DNA of 64,000 nucleotides, taken from NCBI GenBank assembly GCA_029259725.1, contig JAJDER010000012.1:21559-85558 (forward strand). Reading direction: 5' to 3'. The DNA is from Planctomycetota bacterium (GTDB taxonomy: Bacteria > Planctomycetota > B15-G4). Positions 1-8,604 of this stretch are shown one piece after another. Under the pieces are notes generated by a model, which was given only the letters and a program-made list of their open reading frames with translations, searched no databases and was not told the DNA's origin. The translations under genes and the position numbers were made by a program. Numbering within the stretch: the first letter of the stretch is position 1; the number at the start of each line of letters is the position of its first letter.

Positions 1-134
1 GGCGTTGCATCCGGGTGAGACGAGGAGGGCAGCGGTCAGACCCACAGCCCGCGCCGGCACTGACGCGGATTCGTGTTGCGTCCACGGTTAGTTAGCATCT
101 CTCCCGTGTGTTGCCGACTGCACGAGCCCGTCGC

Positions 135-515
135 TCAGGCCGCAGCCCGCGTGTAGCGGTGGTGCAGTCCGCCGAGCATGGGCACGCCGATTACATCGCC
201 ATCGTGCTCCGACTCAACCGCTCGCCCATCAGGCGCGTCGCCATCCAGCCTCTGGTGCGGCCGGTCCCCGTTGTAGAACGCGACGTACTCGCGCGGCATC
301 GCCGTGAGGTGTCGCGCTCATCGGCAGCACGTGGTCCGTGCACTCCCGCCGCAGCGTGCCGATGACCCGTTCACAGTAGGCGTTCTGCCACGTGGACTGG
401 TAAGCCGAGCTACGCGGGTGGCGCCAATCCAGCGGTTCTCGGCCAGGATCGGCGAGATATCAGCGCTTGAGCATCTGCGCGCGATGAGCCTCCATGGTGA
501 TCTTCGTCTGGAGAC
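135..515 (-). pseudogene. Degraded 3' portion of a DDE (rve/integrase-core) transposase gene
   Basis: Minus-strand translation reads ...HPRSSAYQSTWQNAYCERVIGTLRRECTDHVLPMSA. A 1-nt frame change near 318-322 is then needed to continue ...RHLTAMPREYVAFYNGDRPHQRLDGDAP...GVPMLGGLHHRYTRAAA-stop (stop 135-137). These are typical C-terminal motifs of rve-type IS transposases. There are further stop/frame changes near 440-470. No catalytic N-terminal half lies upstream, because the recombinase gene begins at 520. Confidence 0.6.
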
Positions 516-519
516 CACT

Positions 520-2412
520 ATGCCCCGCGTCCCCACCCTCCGCGCTTCCCCCACCTCGTCACGGGCTCCGACCACCCAGGCCGTTGGCTACCTGCGCCGC
601 TCCACCGACCGCCAGGAGCAGTCCCTCTCCGACCAGAAGTGCGCCGTCGAAGCCTACGCGGCCGACCACGGCCTACGACTTCACCGCCTCTACGTCGACG
701 ACGCCATCAGCGGCACCAGCACGACCCAGCGGAAGGCCTTCCAGCAGATGCTGGCCGACGCCCAGGAGCCCACCTGCGCCTTCCGGTACGTCGTCGTCTA
801 CGACGTCAAGCGCTTCGGGCGCCTCGACAACGACGAGGCCGGGTACTACCGGCACCTGCTGCGCCTGCACGGGGTCGAGGTCCTCTACGTCAGCGAGAAC
901 TTCACCGGCGACGGGACCGACGACCTGCTCCGCCCGGTCAAGCAGTGGCAGGCCCGCCAGGAGTCCAAGGATCTCTCCAAGGTCACGATCCGGGGTCTCC
1001 TCTCCAGGGTCGATGGCGGCTGGTGGATGGGGGGCACGCCGCCCTACGGCTACGACCTGCGCTACGAAAACGATCGGGGGGAGTTCCTGTTCGTGGTGCG
1101 TTTCCAGCCCGACGGCACCAAGCACATCCTCGACGAGGCGGGGGACCTTGACCGCACCCTGGCGCGTGGAGAGCGCGTGTCGATCACCAAGCGCGACCGC
1201 GCGCGCCTGCTGCCCAGCGACCCGGCCCGCATCACCGTGGTCGAGCGGATCTACCAGATGGCCGCCGAAGAGCAGCGTGGCTACGCCGCCATCGCCTCCG
1301 CCCTCAACGACGACAAGGTGCCGACGCCCCGCGGGCCCGCGTGGTCCCGCATCTACTCGGGCCGCTGGGTCAGCTCCACGATTCGCGAGATCCTCCTCAA
1401 CCCCGCCTACACCGGCGACATGGTCTGGAACCGCCGCCGCGACGGCCGCTTCCACAAGATCAGCGGCGGACGGGCCACCGAGCGCTCGGAAGCCTATGGC
1501 GCCCGCCTCGTCCCCAACCCCGAGGAGGACTGGATCATCGTCCGGGATGCCCACCCGGCCCTGATCGCCCGTCGACACTTCGAACAGGCCCGGCAGGTCC
1601 GAGAGTCCCGGACTACGTCTCGCAAGCAGAAGGGGCGCAACCCCCGCGCGGTCGGCGGCTGGAAGGGCCAGAGGGCCCGCTACCTGCTCTCGGGCCTGGT
1701 GGTGTGCGGACGCTGCGGCGGTCGCTACGAGGGCTGTGTGCGGCGCAAGGGCAAGCCCCGCAAGGACGGCTCCCTCGTCAAGACCTTCTACTACGGGTGC
1801 GGCAGCTACATCCGGTCGGGCCGCTCGGCCTGCATCTTCGGGCCGGTGAAGCAGGCCGACCTCGAAGCCGCGGTCGTCGAGGCGGTCCTGGGATTCTACG
1901 AGGCACGTTACGGAGGCGCTGAGGGGCGCAAGCGCCTCCAGGAGCGGATCCGAGCGGGGATCGGGACCGAGCACCAGGACGTCGAGTTGGCCCGCGAGCG
2001 CCTGGCCGACGAGTTGGCCGCGATCGACACCAAGGTCACCTCACTGCTCGACAACATCACGGAGACGAATCGGGACTTCGTCGACCAGCGCCTGACCGAG
2101 CTGAGCCAGCAGAAGGACTCTCTGCAACGCCGGGATCAGGAGCTGGAAGCGTTGCTCCTCGGTCGGATGGAGGAGAATGAGGTCCTGCAGGACGTTCGCA
2201 GCTTCCTCGCGACCCTGCCCGGTGTGCTTCGCGATGGGACGCCCGAGCAGAGGCTGCGAGCGATCCGGCGCTGCATGGAGCAGGTCACTATCGACTCGGG
2301 CGAAGGGGTGACGTCTCTCGTGCTCTTCGAGATCCCTGCGGCTGGTCTGACCGAGACGGTCAAGACACAGGCCTCGGGTGCTCGGGGCAAGGGGCTGGGT
2401 CACCGCCGATAG
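520..2412 (+). CDS. Large serine recombinase (phage-integrase type)
   Basis: ORF 304-2412; likely start ATG 520 (MPRVPT...). N-terminal resolvase motifs AVGYLRRSTDRQEQSLSDQ and YVDDAISG, a recombinase domain, a Cys-rich zinc-ribbon (CGRCGGRYEG...YYGCGSYIRSGRSAC) and a long coiled-coil-like C-terminus. Confidence 0.9.
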   Translation: MPRVPTLRASPTSSRAPTTQAVGYLRRSTDRQEQSLSDQKCAVEAYAADHGLRLHRLYVDDAISGTSTTQRKAFQQMLADAQEPTCAFRYVVVYDVKRFGRLDNDEAGYYRHLLRLHGVEVLYVSENFTGDGTDDLLRPVKQWQARQESKDLSKVTIRGLLSRVDGGWWMGGTPPYGYDLRYENDRGEFLFVVRFQPDGTKHILDEAGDLDRTLARGERVSITKRDRARLLPSDPARITVVERIYQMAAEEQRGYAAIASALNDDKVPTPRGPAWSRIYSGRWVSSTIREILLNPAYTGDMVWNRRRDGRFHKISGGRATERSEAYGARLVPNPEEDWIIVRDAHPALIARRHFEQARQVRESRTTSRKQKGRNPRAVGGWKGQRARYLLSGLVVCGRCGGRYEGCVRRKGKPRKDGSLVKTFYYGCGSYIRSGRSACIFGPVKQADLEAAVVEAVLGFYEARYGGAEGRKRLQERIRAGIGTEHQDVELARERLADELAAIDTKVTSLLDNITETNRDFVDQRLTELSQQKDSLQRRDQELEALLLGRMEENEVLQDVRSFLATLPGVLRDGTPEQRLRAIRRCMEQVTIDSGEGVTSLVLFEIPAAGLTETVKTQASGARGKGLGHRR

Positions 2413-3752
2413 CTCCTTCGGCGCCTGGTTCCCTTTACCAGGGGATGGTGCCTGAGGATCCACTCCCTCTCCTGCGGTGTCCGGTACCGCACCTGGACCG
2501 TCACGGGCTTTCGCCGCGGACTCGGCGTCCAGACCGCGAGGGCCAAGGCGATGACGCAGTCGTCGTGCTGCCCCGAAGGAGCGCCTGTGCGAAGGCCTCC
2601 CGCGTCCGTCACCGAGTACTGGAACGCCTCCAACTCATCGATGCCCTCAGGCCAATGCTCGGGCCTCGGAAGCCGCAGGCTCTTCTCTTCGAGCCGCAGC
2701 ATTAGGTTGTTGATCAAGTCCGCCTTCGATCTCTGCGTGAACGCGTAGGCCACCACGCGACACCCCGCACCGGAGAGCTTCTCGAAGACGGGCTCACCGA
2801 GCCCGGTCGTGTCGCAACGGATGATGGCGTTGTTGTACCGGCGTGCGTGGTGCCGGATGCGAAGCACCTGCTGCTCCCAGTCGATCCGGTGGAAGCGGTC
2901 GACGAAGACCACTTCGAGGGACCGGTTGACGATGACGAGCACCGTGTAGTCCTCGACCTTGGCCAGATCCAGGCCTGCGTAGTATCGCTCGCCGCGCAGG
3001 GGTTCTCGGAACGCCCCCACCGCGCACTCGCGGACGTGGCGGAAGACCGCCCCCGACCCTTCGATGAACTCGGCCCCGAACTGCTCCCGGAACGACCGCT
3101 CGGGGAGCCGGTCGCGCTCTCGCTCGATGTCGTCCGCGTCGAGCAGGGGATTGGTCCAGCTGGGACAGTTCCAGCTCTCGTAGCCCGGGTCCACATCACG
3201 CTGACCTCGAAGGAAGAGCCGGTGGAAGTAGCCCTTTCCGTGGGGCGTCGAGATGAGCAGCGCTTTGCCCCGCTTATCGATCAGACGCTGGGAGAGGTGC
3301 TCCTGCCAGATCACCGGCTTGAGCCGGGCGGCCTCGTCCACGATGACGAAGTCGAGTCCCTCCCCGAGCAGGGAGACGGGGTTCTCGGCCGACTTGGCGC
3401 GGACCTCCGAGAGCCCTCCGGCCATGTTGCGGAGTTGGATGCGCCGATCGCGTTCCTTGACGGCGACGACGCGGTGGGGAAGGTGCTGCCGGGCCGTTCG
3501 CGCCAGGACCCTGAAGACTCGATCGGCGAGGTCATAGGTGGGGCCGACGACCCAACCGATGGACTGGTCGGCCGGCTCCATCGCGGCCGCCAAGCCCTCC
3601 ATGGCGGCGCACAGGGTCTTGCCCCAGCGGACGCCACAGGCCAGGACACGCCGCGGGGCACGAGAGCGGTGGACCTCCCATTGGCCGTCGTGCGGTTGGT
3701 ACTGGATGTCCTCAAAGAAGGCTCGTTTGTTGAGGAGGTCACTCATCGTCAT
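2400..3752 (-). CDS. Phage terminase large subunit
   Basis: Walker A ACGVRWGKT, Walker B DFVIVDEAA, C-terminal RNaseH-like nuclease region (AGLDLAKVEDYTVLVIV ... HDDCVIALALAV). GAGGAGG lies just upstream of ATG 3752. The ORF-track extension to 3848 is unlikely. Confidence 0.85.
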   Translation of the reverse strand: MTMSDLLNKRAFFEDIQYQPHDGQWEVHRSRAPRRVLACGVRWGKTLCAAMEGLAAAMEPADQSIGWVVGPTYDLADRVFRVLARTARQHLPHRVVAVKERDRRIQLRNMAGGLSEVRAKSAENPVSLLGEGLDFVIVDEAARLKPVIWQEHLSQRLIDKRGKALLISTPHGKGYFHRLFLRGQRDVDPGYESWNCPSWTNPLLDADDIERERDRLPERSFREQFGAEFIEGSGAVFRHVRECAVGAFREPLRGERYYAGLDLAKVEDYTVLVIVNRSLEVVFVDRFHRIDWEQQVLRIRHHARRYNNAIIRCDTTGLGEPVFEKLSGAGCRVVAYAFTQRSKADLINNLMLRLEEKSLRLPRPEHWPEGIDELEAFQYSVTDAGGLRTGAPSGQHDDCVIALALAVWTPSPRRKPVTVQVRYRTPQEREWILRHHPLVKGTRRRRSYRR

Positions 3753-4194
3753 CGACCTCCTCTGCGTCCTCGTCGTCCCCCATCCACCGCTCGTACTCGC
3801 GGCGAATGACTTCCTCGACGCTCGTCGCCGTGCGTTCGGTCGGCTCACCGCGGATCAAGCGCTCCTGCTTGATGCCCAGCTCGAGCGTCCGCACGGCCTC
3901 GATCGCCGAGGTCAGTGGATGGGTCTTCAAGGTCTCCAGGCTCTTCTTCTGAAGGAGCTGCGCGGTCTTGAGGTGGCGTAGATTCATCTCCTCGAGGCTT
4001 TCGACAATGCGGGTTGCCGACTTCGCTTGGGCCGTTCTCTGGGCCAGCACGAGGCGCTCTTGCCAACCGTCCCGCTTGGCGTGCTTGGTCACGGTCTTCT
4101 TCGAGACACCGAAGTGGTCCGCGACGGCCTGGTAGCTGCGGGCCTCGCCGAGCTCGACGTAGTACTCGAAGGCGTTCTCGGGGAGGCGGTTCAT
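3739..4194 (-). CDS. Putative terminase small subunit / HTH DNA-binding protein
   Basis: 151 aa from ATG 4194 (MNRLPEN...). HTH-like YQAVADHFGVSKKTVTKHAKRDGW and an acidic tail DDEDAEEVDDDE. Overlaps the terL start by 14 nt, the typical terS position. Confidence 0.6.
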   Translation of the reverse strand: MNRLPENAFEYYVELGEARSYQAVADHFGVSKKTVTKHAKRDGWQERLVLAQRTAQAKSATRIVESLEEMNLRHLKTAQLLQKKSLETLKTHPLTSAIEAVRTLELGIKQERLIRGEPTERTATSVEEVIRREYERWMGDDEDAEEVDDDE

Positions 4195-5540
4195 GGCGCA
4201 CCTCCTTCCGCGAGGCGACGCTGAGCGACTTCGGCAAAGGGAGTCCCCGTCTGGTCCAAGGTGGCCTGCTGGCCCGTCGCACGCTGCCAGCGAGTCACCG
4301 CGACATCGATGAAGGCCGGGACGATGTCGAGGGCGTAGCAGCGCCGACCTCGCCTCTCGGCCGCCAGGATCTGGCTCCCGCTCCCCGAGAAGGGCTCCAG
4401 TACGAGGTCTCCGGGCCTGGTGTGCAGCTCCATCGGGATCTCGAACAAGCGCAGGGGCTTCTGGGTGGGGTGCTCGTTGCCCACCACGCGCTGCTTGCCC
4501 TCCCAGTCCACCTCCCAGACCGTGCTCATCGGCCCGGTGGCGTGAGCGGGCTTGTGGCCGCGCCGCCAGCCAAAGGCGCAGGGCTCGTGCTGCCACTGGA
4601 AGTAGCTGTGCCCGAAGACCGCGGTGGGCTTGACCCACACGATCACCTGATGGAACAAGACGTCCAGCTCGGCGAGGACCTCGGCCAAGGTGTGCTGCTG
4701 GAGGTGGGCGTGCCACACGTAGAGCGGGGCGGAGGACTCCAGCCGCTCCAGGGCTGCAGGGAAGAAGCCACGCAGGAACTGGCCGTAGTCTGTGATGTCG
4801 ATCTCGCGGTAGACCGACGACCAGTCCTTGCCCGAAGGCTTGCCGCCGACCGCGGGGCGGTTCTCGCCGGTGTAGCGTACGCAGTAGGGAGGATCGGTCG
4901 CCATGAGCACGGCCTGCTCGCCCTGCATGAGTCTCGCGTAGTCCTCGGGGCGCTGGGCGTCGCCACAGAGCAGCCGGTGCGAGCCGAGCTGCCAGAGGTC
5001 GCCAGGTCGGCTCACGGGAACGCTGGGGGGCTCGGAGGGCCCAGGGTCATCGAGGTCGACAGGGTCGGGTTCCTCGGCTCCGAGCTGATCGAGGAGGTCG
5101 TCGATGTCGTCACCCGAGAACCCCACGCCCAGCAAGGCGTCGTCTGCTCTCAGCTCGCCGAGAGCGCGGGTGAGGTTCTCGAGGTCCCAGTCAGCCAGCT
5201 CGGCGGTCCGATTCAGGGCGATGCCAAGGGCCCTGGCCTCGCGGTCGTCGAGGTTCAGGCGGACGACATCGGCCTCGCGCCAGCCCAGCTCGCGCATGAC
5301 GACGAGGCGTCCGTTGCCCCCGATGACGTGCCCGGTCGCGGCTTGCACAACGAGGGGCTCGCTCTGGCCGAAGCGGAGCAGGCTCGCCCTGATGGCGGCG
5401 AGGTTTTCCTCGCCGTGAAGGCGGGCGTTCTGTGGGTCGAGGTGTAGGGCGTCCAGAGGAACGCGTGTGATGACAAGAGACTCAGAGCGGGAGAAGGACC
5501 GGAGTGGAGTCTCTGATCCGGATCTCGGATGAACAGACAT
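4191..5540 (-). CDS. ParB-like nuclease domain fused to DNA N6A/N4C methyltransferase
   Basis: N-terminal ParB/Srx-like region (VPLDALHLDPQNARLHGEENLAAIRASLLRFGQSEPLVV...GGNGRLVVMRELGW). It is followed by motif IV LMATDPPY and, near the C-terminus, motif I VLEPFSGSGS (beta-class order). Likely start ATG 5540. ATGA overlap with the next gene at 4191-4194. Confidence 0.85.
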   Translation of the reverse strand: MSVHPRSGSETPLRSFSRSESLVITRVPLDALHLDPQNARLHGEENLAAIRASLLRFGQSEPLVVQAATGHVIGGNGRLVVMRELGWREADVVRLNLDDREARALGIALNRTAELADWDLENLTRALGELRADDALLGVGFSGDDIDDLLDQLGAEEPDPVDLDDPGPSEPPSVPVSRPGDLWQLGSHRLLCGDAQRPEDYARLMQGEQAVLMATDPPYCVRYTGENRPAVGGKPSGKDWSSVYREIDITDYGQFLRGFFPAALERLESSAPLYVWHAHLQQHTLAEVLAELDVLFHQVIVWVKPTAVFGHSYFQWQHEPCAFGWRRGHKPAHATGPMSTVWEVDWEGKQRVVGNEHPTQKPLRLFEIPMELHTRPGDLVLEPFSGSGSQILAAERRGRRCYALDIVPAFIDVAVTRWQRATGQQATLDQTGTPFAEVAQRRLAEGGAP

Positions 5541-5733
5541 GAGGGGCCTCCGAATGAAAGGAGACAAAGGAGCAGCGCACGCACCATGGCAGCGAGCGCA
5601 ATGAGGGTGTGCCCCGGGCCGCACTCGGCGAACCGTGCGGGGCTTTGTGGGTTTCAATTGCCACCTGCGGTACGCGGATGCACGCTTTTTTTGGCGCGGC
5701 GACTCACTTGCGCGCTCGCCGAGTGCCTAACTT

Positions 5734-6122
5734 TGTAACTGAGTTACATGGCTCCGGATGTCACTCAGTTACATCCGCCGCATTGGAATAGAGATCGCCA
5801 GTTACAAAGTTCCCTAGTGAATCGGCCTTGCAGGGAAGGGGTTTCCGCGCGGGCATGTTCGGCGACGCCCGTGTAACTGGAACCAGGGTGTGTCCGAGCA
5901 GGGGTGGAGCGCTGGAGTGGCGAAGGGCCGGCTTTGGGGGCACCGCAGCGGCGGCAAAAAAAGTTTGGAGCGGGGTGGACCGACTCGCGGCGGTTCGCGA
6001 GAGGGCCTCGACCCTCGCGCGGCGGCATCTCGCACTCCTCGAACCGCCTGGGATTCGTGCGCGATCGCTCCCGAGCGACGCAGTTACAGGGGCAGCGTGC
6101 GGGGCTTCGTTTCCTGTAACTG
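5734..6122. repeat. Array of seven CAGTTACA / TGTAACTG 8-mers in a region without a convincing gene
   Basis: Copies are at 5734-5741(-) and 5741-5748(+, 7/8), which together form the perfect palindrome TGTAACTgAGTTACA. Further copies are at 5766-5773(+), 5799-5806(+), 5872-5879(-), 6081-6088(+) and 6115-6122(-). This is an AT-rich 8-mer in very GC-rich DNA. Confidence 0.8.
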
Positions 6123-6930
6123 GCGAGGGGTGACCAAGTGGAAGTGCGGGCGACCAGCCATCGCCGTTAGTCCCTGTCAACGGGAGAGTTGTGCCGAAGC
6201 GCCCACGGGGCCCCTGGCGCGTTTCCGGGGAACTCGCGGGGTACCCTTGGAGAACCCCGGCCGTGTGGTCCCACGACGCGCCGACCGTGCCGTTCGCGGG
6301 CCGCCGTTGGGGGAACCTTCGGGGTCGTCCCCACGGGACCAGACAGCGCCACTCAGCCCCGGGTCCCCATCTCCTGCTCCTCCTATGAGGCCCCCGCTAC
6401 CAATGACGGCCCGCCGGTGCTCCACCGGCGGGCCGTCGCCATTGTTCGCCCAACGTGCGCCCGCCGACGGGCCTCTGCGCGTGCGAAATGGACGCGCGCA
6501 TCAACGCTCGGCGGCGCTCGCGCCAGCGCACCGGCTCCACGACTCCGCCTCCGCCGGGCGGGATTGGCCCCAGTCGGCCCCCGCGTCCAGGATCAGTTGC
6601 TGGAAGTCGTCTTCAAGGGTGAACGGCGAGGGGAGAGATTGGGCTGGACGGTCAGTGCGATCGCAGATTGCACCGGCGATGGAGTTGGGGACAACCTTGT
6701 GTCACCAAACGAGTTCATCTTCGGGGGGATGGGCCTGGTGCAGTGGGTGGAGTTGCAGGGGTAGGCCCCCCCAGGAGTAGGCCCCCCTCTGTGAGGATCT
6801 CCCCATCTTTGGATCACCCAAACGGGTACTTCCGGCGGCGGCAGGTTGTTGCGACGTATCCTGCAAGGCCGTTGCCGGAGGGAAGGCAGCCACCCCATCA
6901 CCACCAAAACCTGATGAGTAGGCGGGCCTC

Positions 6931-7724
6931 ATGGTTGTCTCGCTTCTGTTGGCGCTCGTCGCTCGACTGCACGCCGGGGCCGAGGTCGAGGTCGGCCTCC
7001 TGGTGACCGACGTCCGGGGCGCGGCCGTCGAGAATGCCCTGGTCCAGGCCTGGGATGGTCCGGACCGGCGATTCCCCGACGATGGACTCACCGAGCTTAT
7101 CGAGGGGGTCCAGCCGCCGGTCGAGAGGCCGAAGTGCTACTTCTTCCGCAAGTCTCGCACGCCGACCTCGCCTCCCGATCGTCGCACCCGCAGCGATGGG
7201 CAGGGGTGGGCGACCCTGCTGTTGCCACCCGGCGACCATCTCCTGCGCGTGGATCATGCCGAGGACGACACGTCATCGCGCTTCATCCAGTTCAGCGCGG
7301 CGGCAGGCCAGGAGCGGCTCGAGCTCGACGTGCGCATGCTCCCGCGCGGGACCGTGACCGGCCGGGTGCTCGGGGGTGCTGGCGGTCGCCCGATCCCGAA
7401 CGCACACGTCGTCCTGCTCGAGACGGCAGCCGGTCCGCACTTCCCGGCTCGGCCTCCGGTCGTCGTCAGCGATGAGGAGGGCCGATTTCGCTTCGAGGTC
7501 GACACCCCGTTTCTCGGCGAACTCCACGCCTTCCACAAGAAGGGCTGGCGCACGAGCGCGACGTCCGTGTCGGTGCTGCCCGGGGCCGAGGTCGAACTCC
7601 GGGGGGGATCGCTGGAGGTCCGATCGGCCGTGACGTCGTGCTCAACGGCCTGGGCGGCGGCAAGCTCATCGTGCGCCACCCGGAGTACGCCACGCTCGTG
7701 CAGCTCCGCTCGGCCGTTCGATAG
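6931..7724 (+). CDS. Secreted carboxypeptidase-regulatory-like (CarboxypepD_reg) domain protein, apparent frameshift at a G7 run
   Basis: Signal-like N-terminus MVVSLLLALVARLHAGA. Motifs GTVTGRVLGGAGGRPIPNAHVVLL...SDEEGRFRFE. After G7 at 7601-7607 the listed frame turns Ser/Arg/Pro-rich and overlaps the convergent chaperone gene. The frame offset by one base reads IAGGPIGRDVVLNGLGGGKLIVRHPEYATLVQLRSAVR-stop (7722-7724). Confidence 0.5.
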
Positions 7725-7756
7725 GGTTCTTCGGCAGGGCCAGGACTCGTGCCTTC

Positions 7757-8596
7757 CTACACGCCCTCGCCGCAGCTCCCGCAACCCACCTCGTTTTCGT
7801 CGGCCGGGTTGGGCGCCGCCAGCTCGATGGGTGGCTCGACGCCGAGGACGGCGCGCTCAATCGGGACCCATGCGGCCAGGATCCGGGCCAACTCGCTGAG
7901 GTAGCCGACCGCGACGACTCCTTCCGCACCACCGGTCTTGCGCTGCAGCGCGTGGGCGAACGCTGGCAGCCACCACGCCAGGTGGGCTTGGACAAAACTC
8001 TTCTGGGCGTCGCGGCACACACTGGCCTGCTCGGTCGCGTCGTCGTTGTCGGGCCGCAGCGCGTGATGTTCCTTGGCCAGCAGCCATGCCAGGAACTCGA
8101 TCTCCATCGCCACGTGGTCGGGACGTTCGGGCATGTCGCGGGAAGGCTGCAGCCCGAAGGCGGAGTAGTAGCCGGCTACGTCCGCCATCTGCTGGCTGCG
8201 ATAGACCGAGAAGGTCTGCGGACAGTAATCGGTCTCGTAGACCGGGCACTCCTTGCTGGCCACCAGACCGAAGACGCGGTCGTATTCCTCGACCAGGTCA
8301 TCGTGGGGCGCATCGAGTGCCTCCGCGAGTGACGCCAGGTCGAGGTCGGCGGGCGTGCGTTCACCGGGAGCGAGTTGCTGCGGCATGGCGGCTGGCTCCT
8401 GGCCAAGGAAGGCCGCGGCGGCCCTCGCGGTTTCGATGAACTCCTCCTGCCCCAGCCGCTGCCAGCGCGCGCTGCGCGGGTCGGAGGCTACCAGTGCGAG
8501 GAGCCGGCAGACAGCCAGACGCGCAGCGTGCAGGGGTGTCCACTCGCTCGTGATGGCAGAGGCCTTCACGGCGTCGTGTGTCGTGGCGTCCTTCAT
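7757..8596 (-). CDS. TorD/NarJ/DmsD-family redox-enzyme maturation chaperone
   Basis: 279 aa. Motifs EYDRVFGL...CPVYETDY...ADVAGYYSAFGL...PDHVAMEIEFLAWL are typical of NarJ/TorD-like chaperones. Last gene of the molybdoenzyme operon. Confidence 0.8.
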   Translation of the reverse strand: MKDATTHDAVKASAITSEWTPLHAARLAVCRLLALVASDPRSARWQRLGQEEFIETARAAAAFLGQEPAAMPQQLAPGERTPADLDLASLAEALDAPHDDLVEEYDRVFGLVASKECPVYETDYCPQTFSVYRSQQMADVAGYYSAFGLQPSRDMPERPDHVAMEIEFLAWLLAKEHHALRPDNDDATEQASVCRDAQKSFVQAHLAWWLPAFAHALQRKTGGAEGVVAVGYLSELARILAAWVPIERAVLGVEPPIELAAPNPADENEVGCGSCGEGV

Positions 8597-8604
8597 GGTC
8601 GTTC

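Noticed and set aside
6590-6764. Possible FG-GAP-like gene fragment (ERLGWTVSAIADCTGDGVGDNLVSPNEFIFGG) that might mark the right border of the phage cassette.
   Set aside because: It is a single weak repeat-like match of about 30 aa with no start, no signal peptide and no further repeats, so it cannot be distinguished from chance.
6761-6787. 11-bp direct repeat GTAGGCCCCCC x2 separated by 5 nt, considered as an att-core duplication.
   Set aside because: I saw no matching sequence near the left junction (480-520). Short GC-rich repeats like this arise easily by chance.
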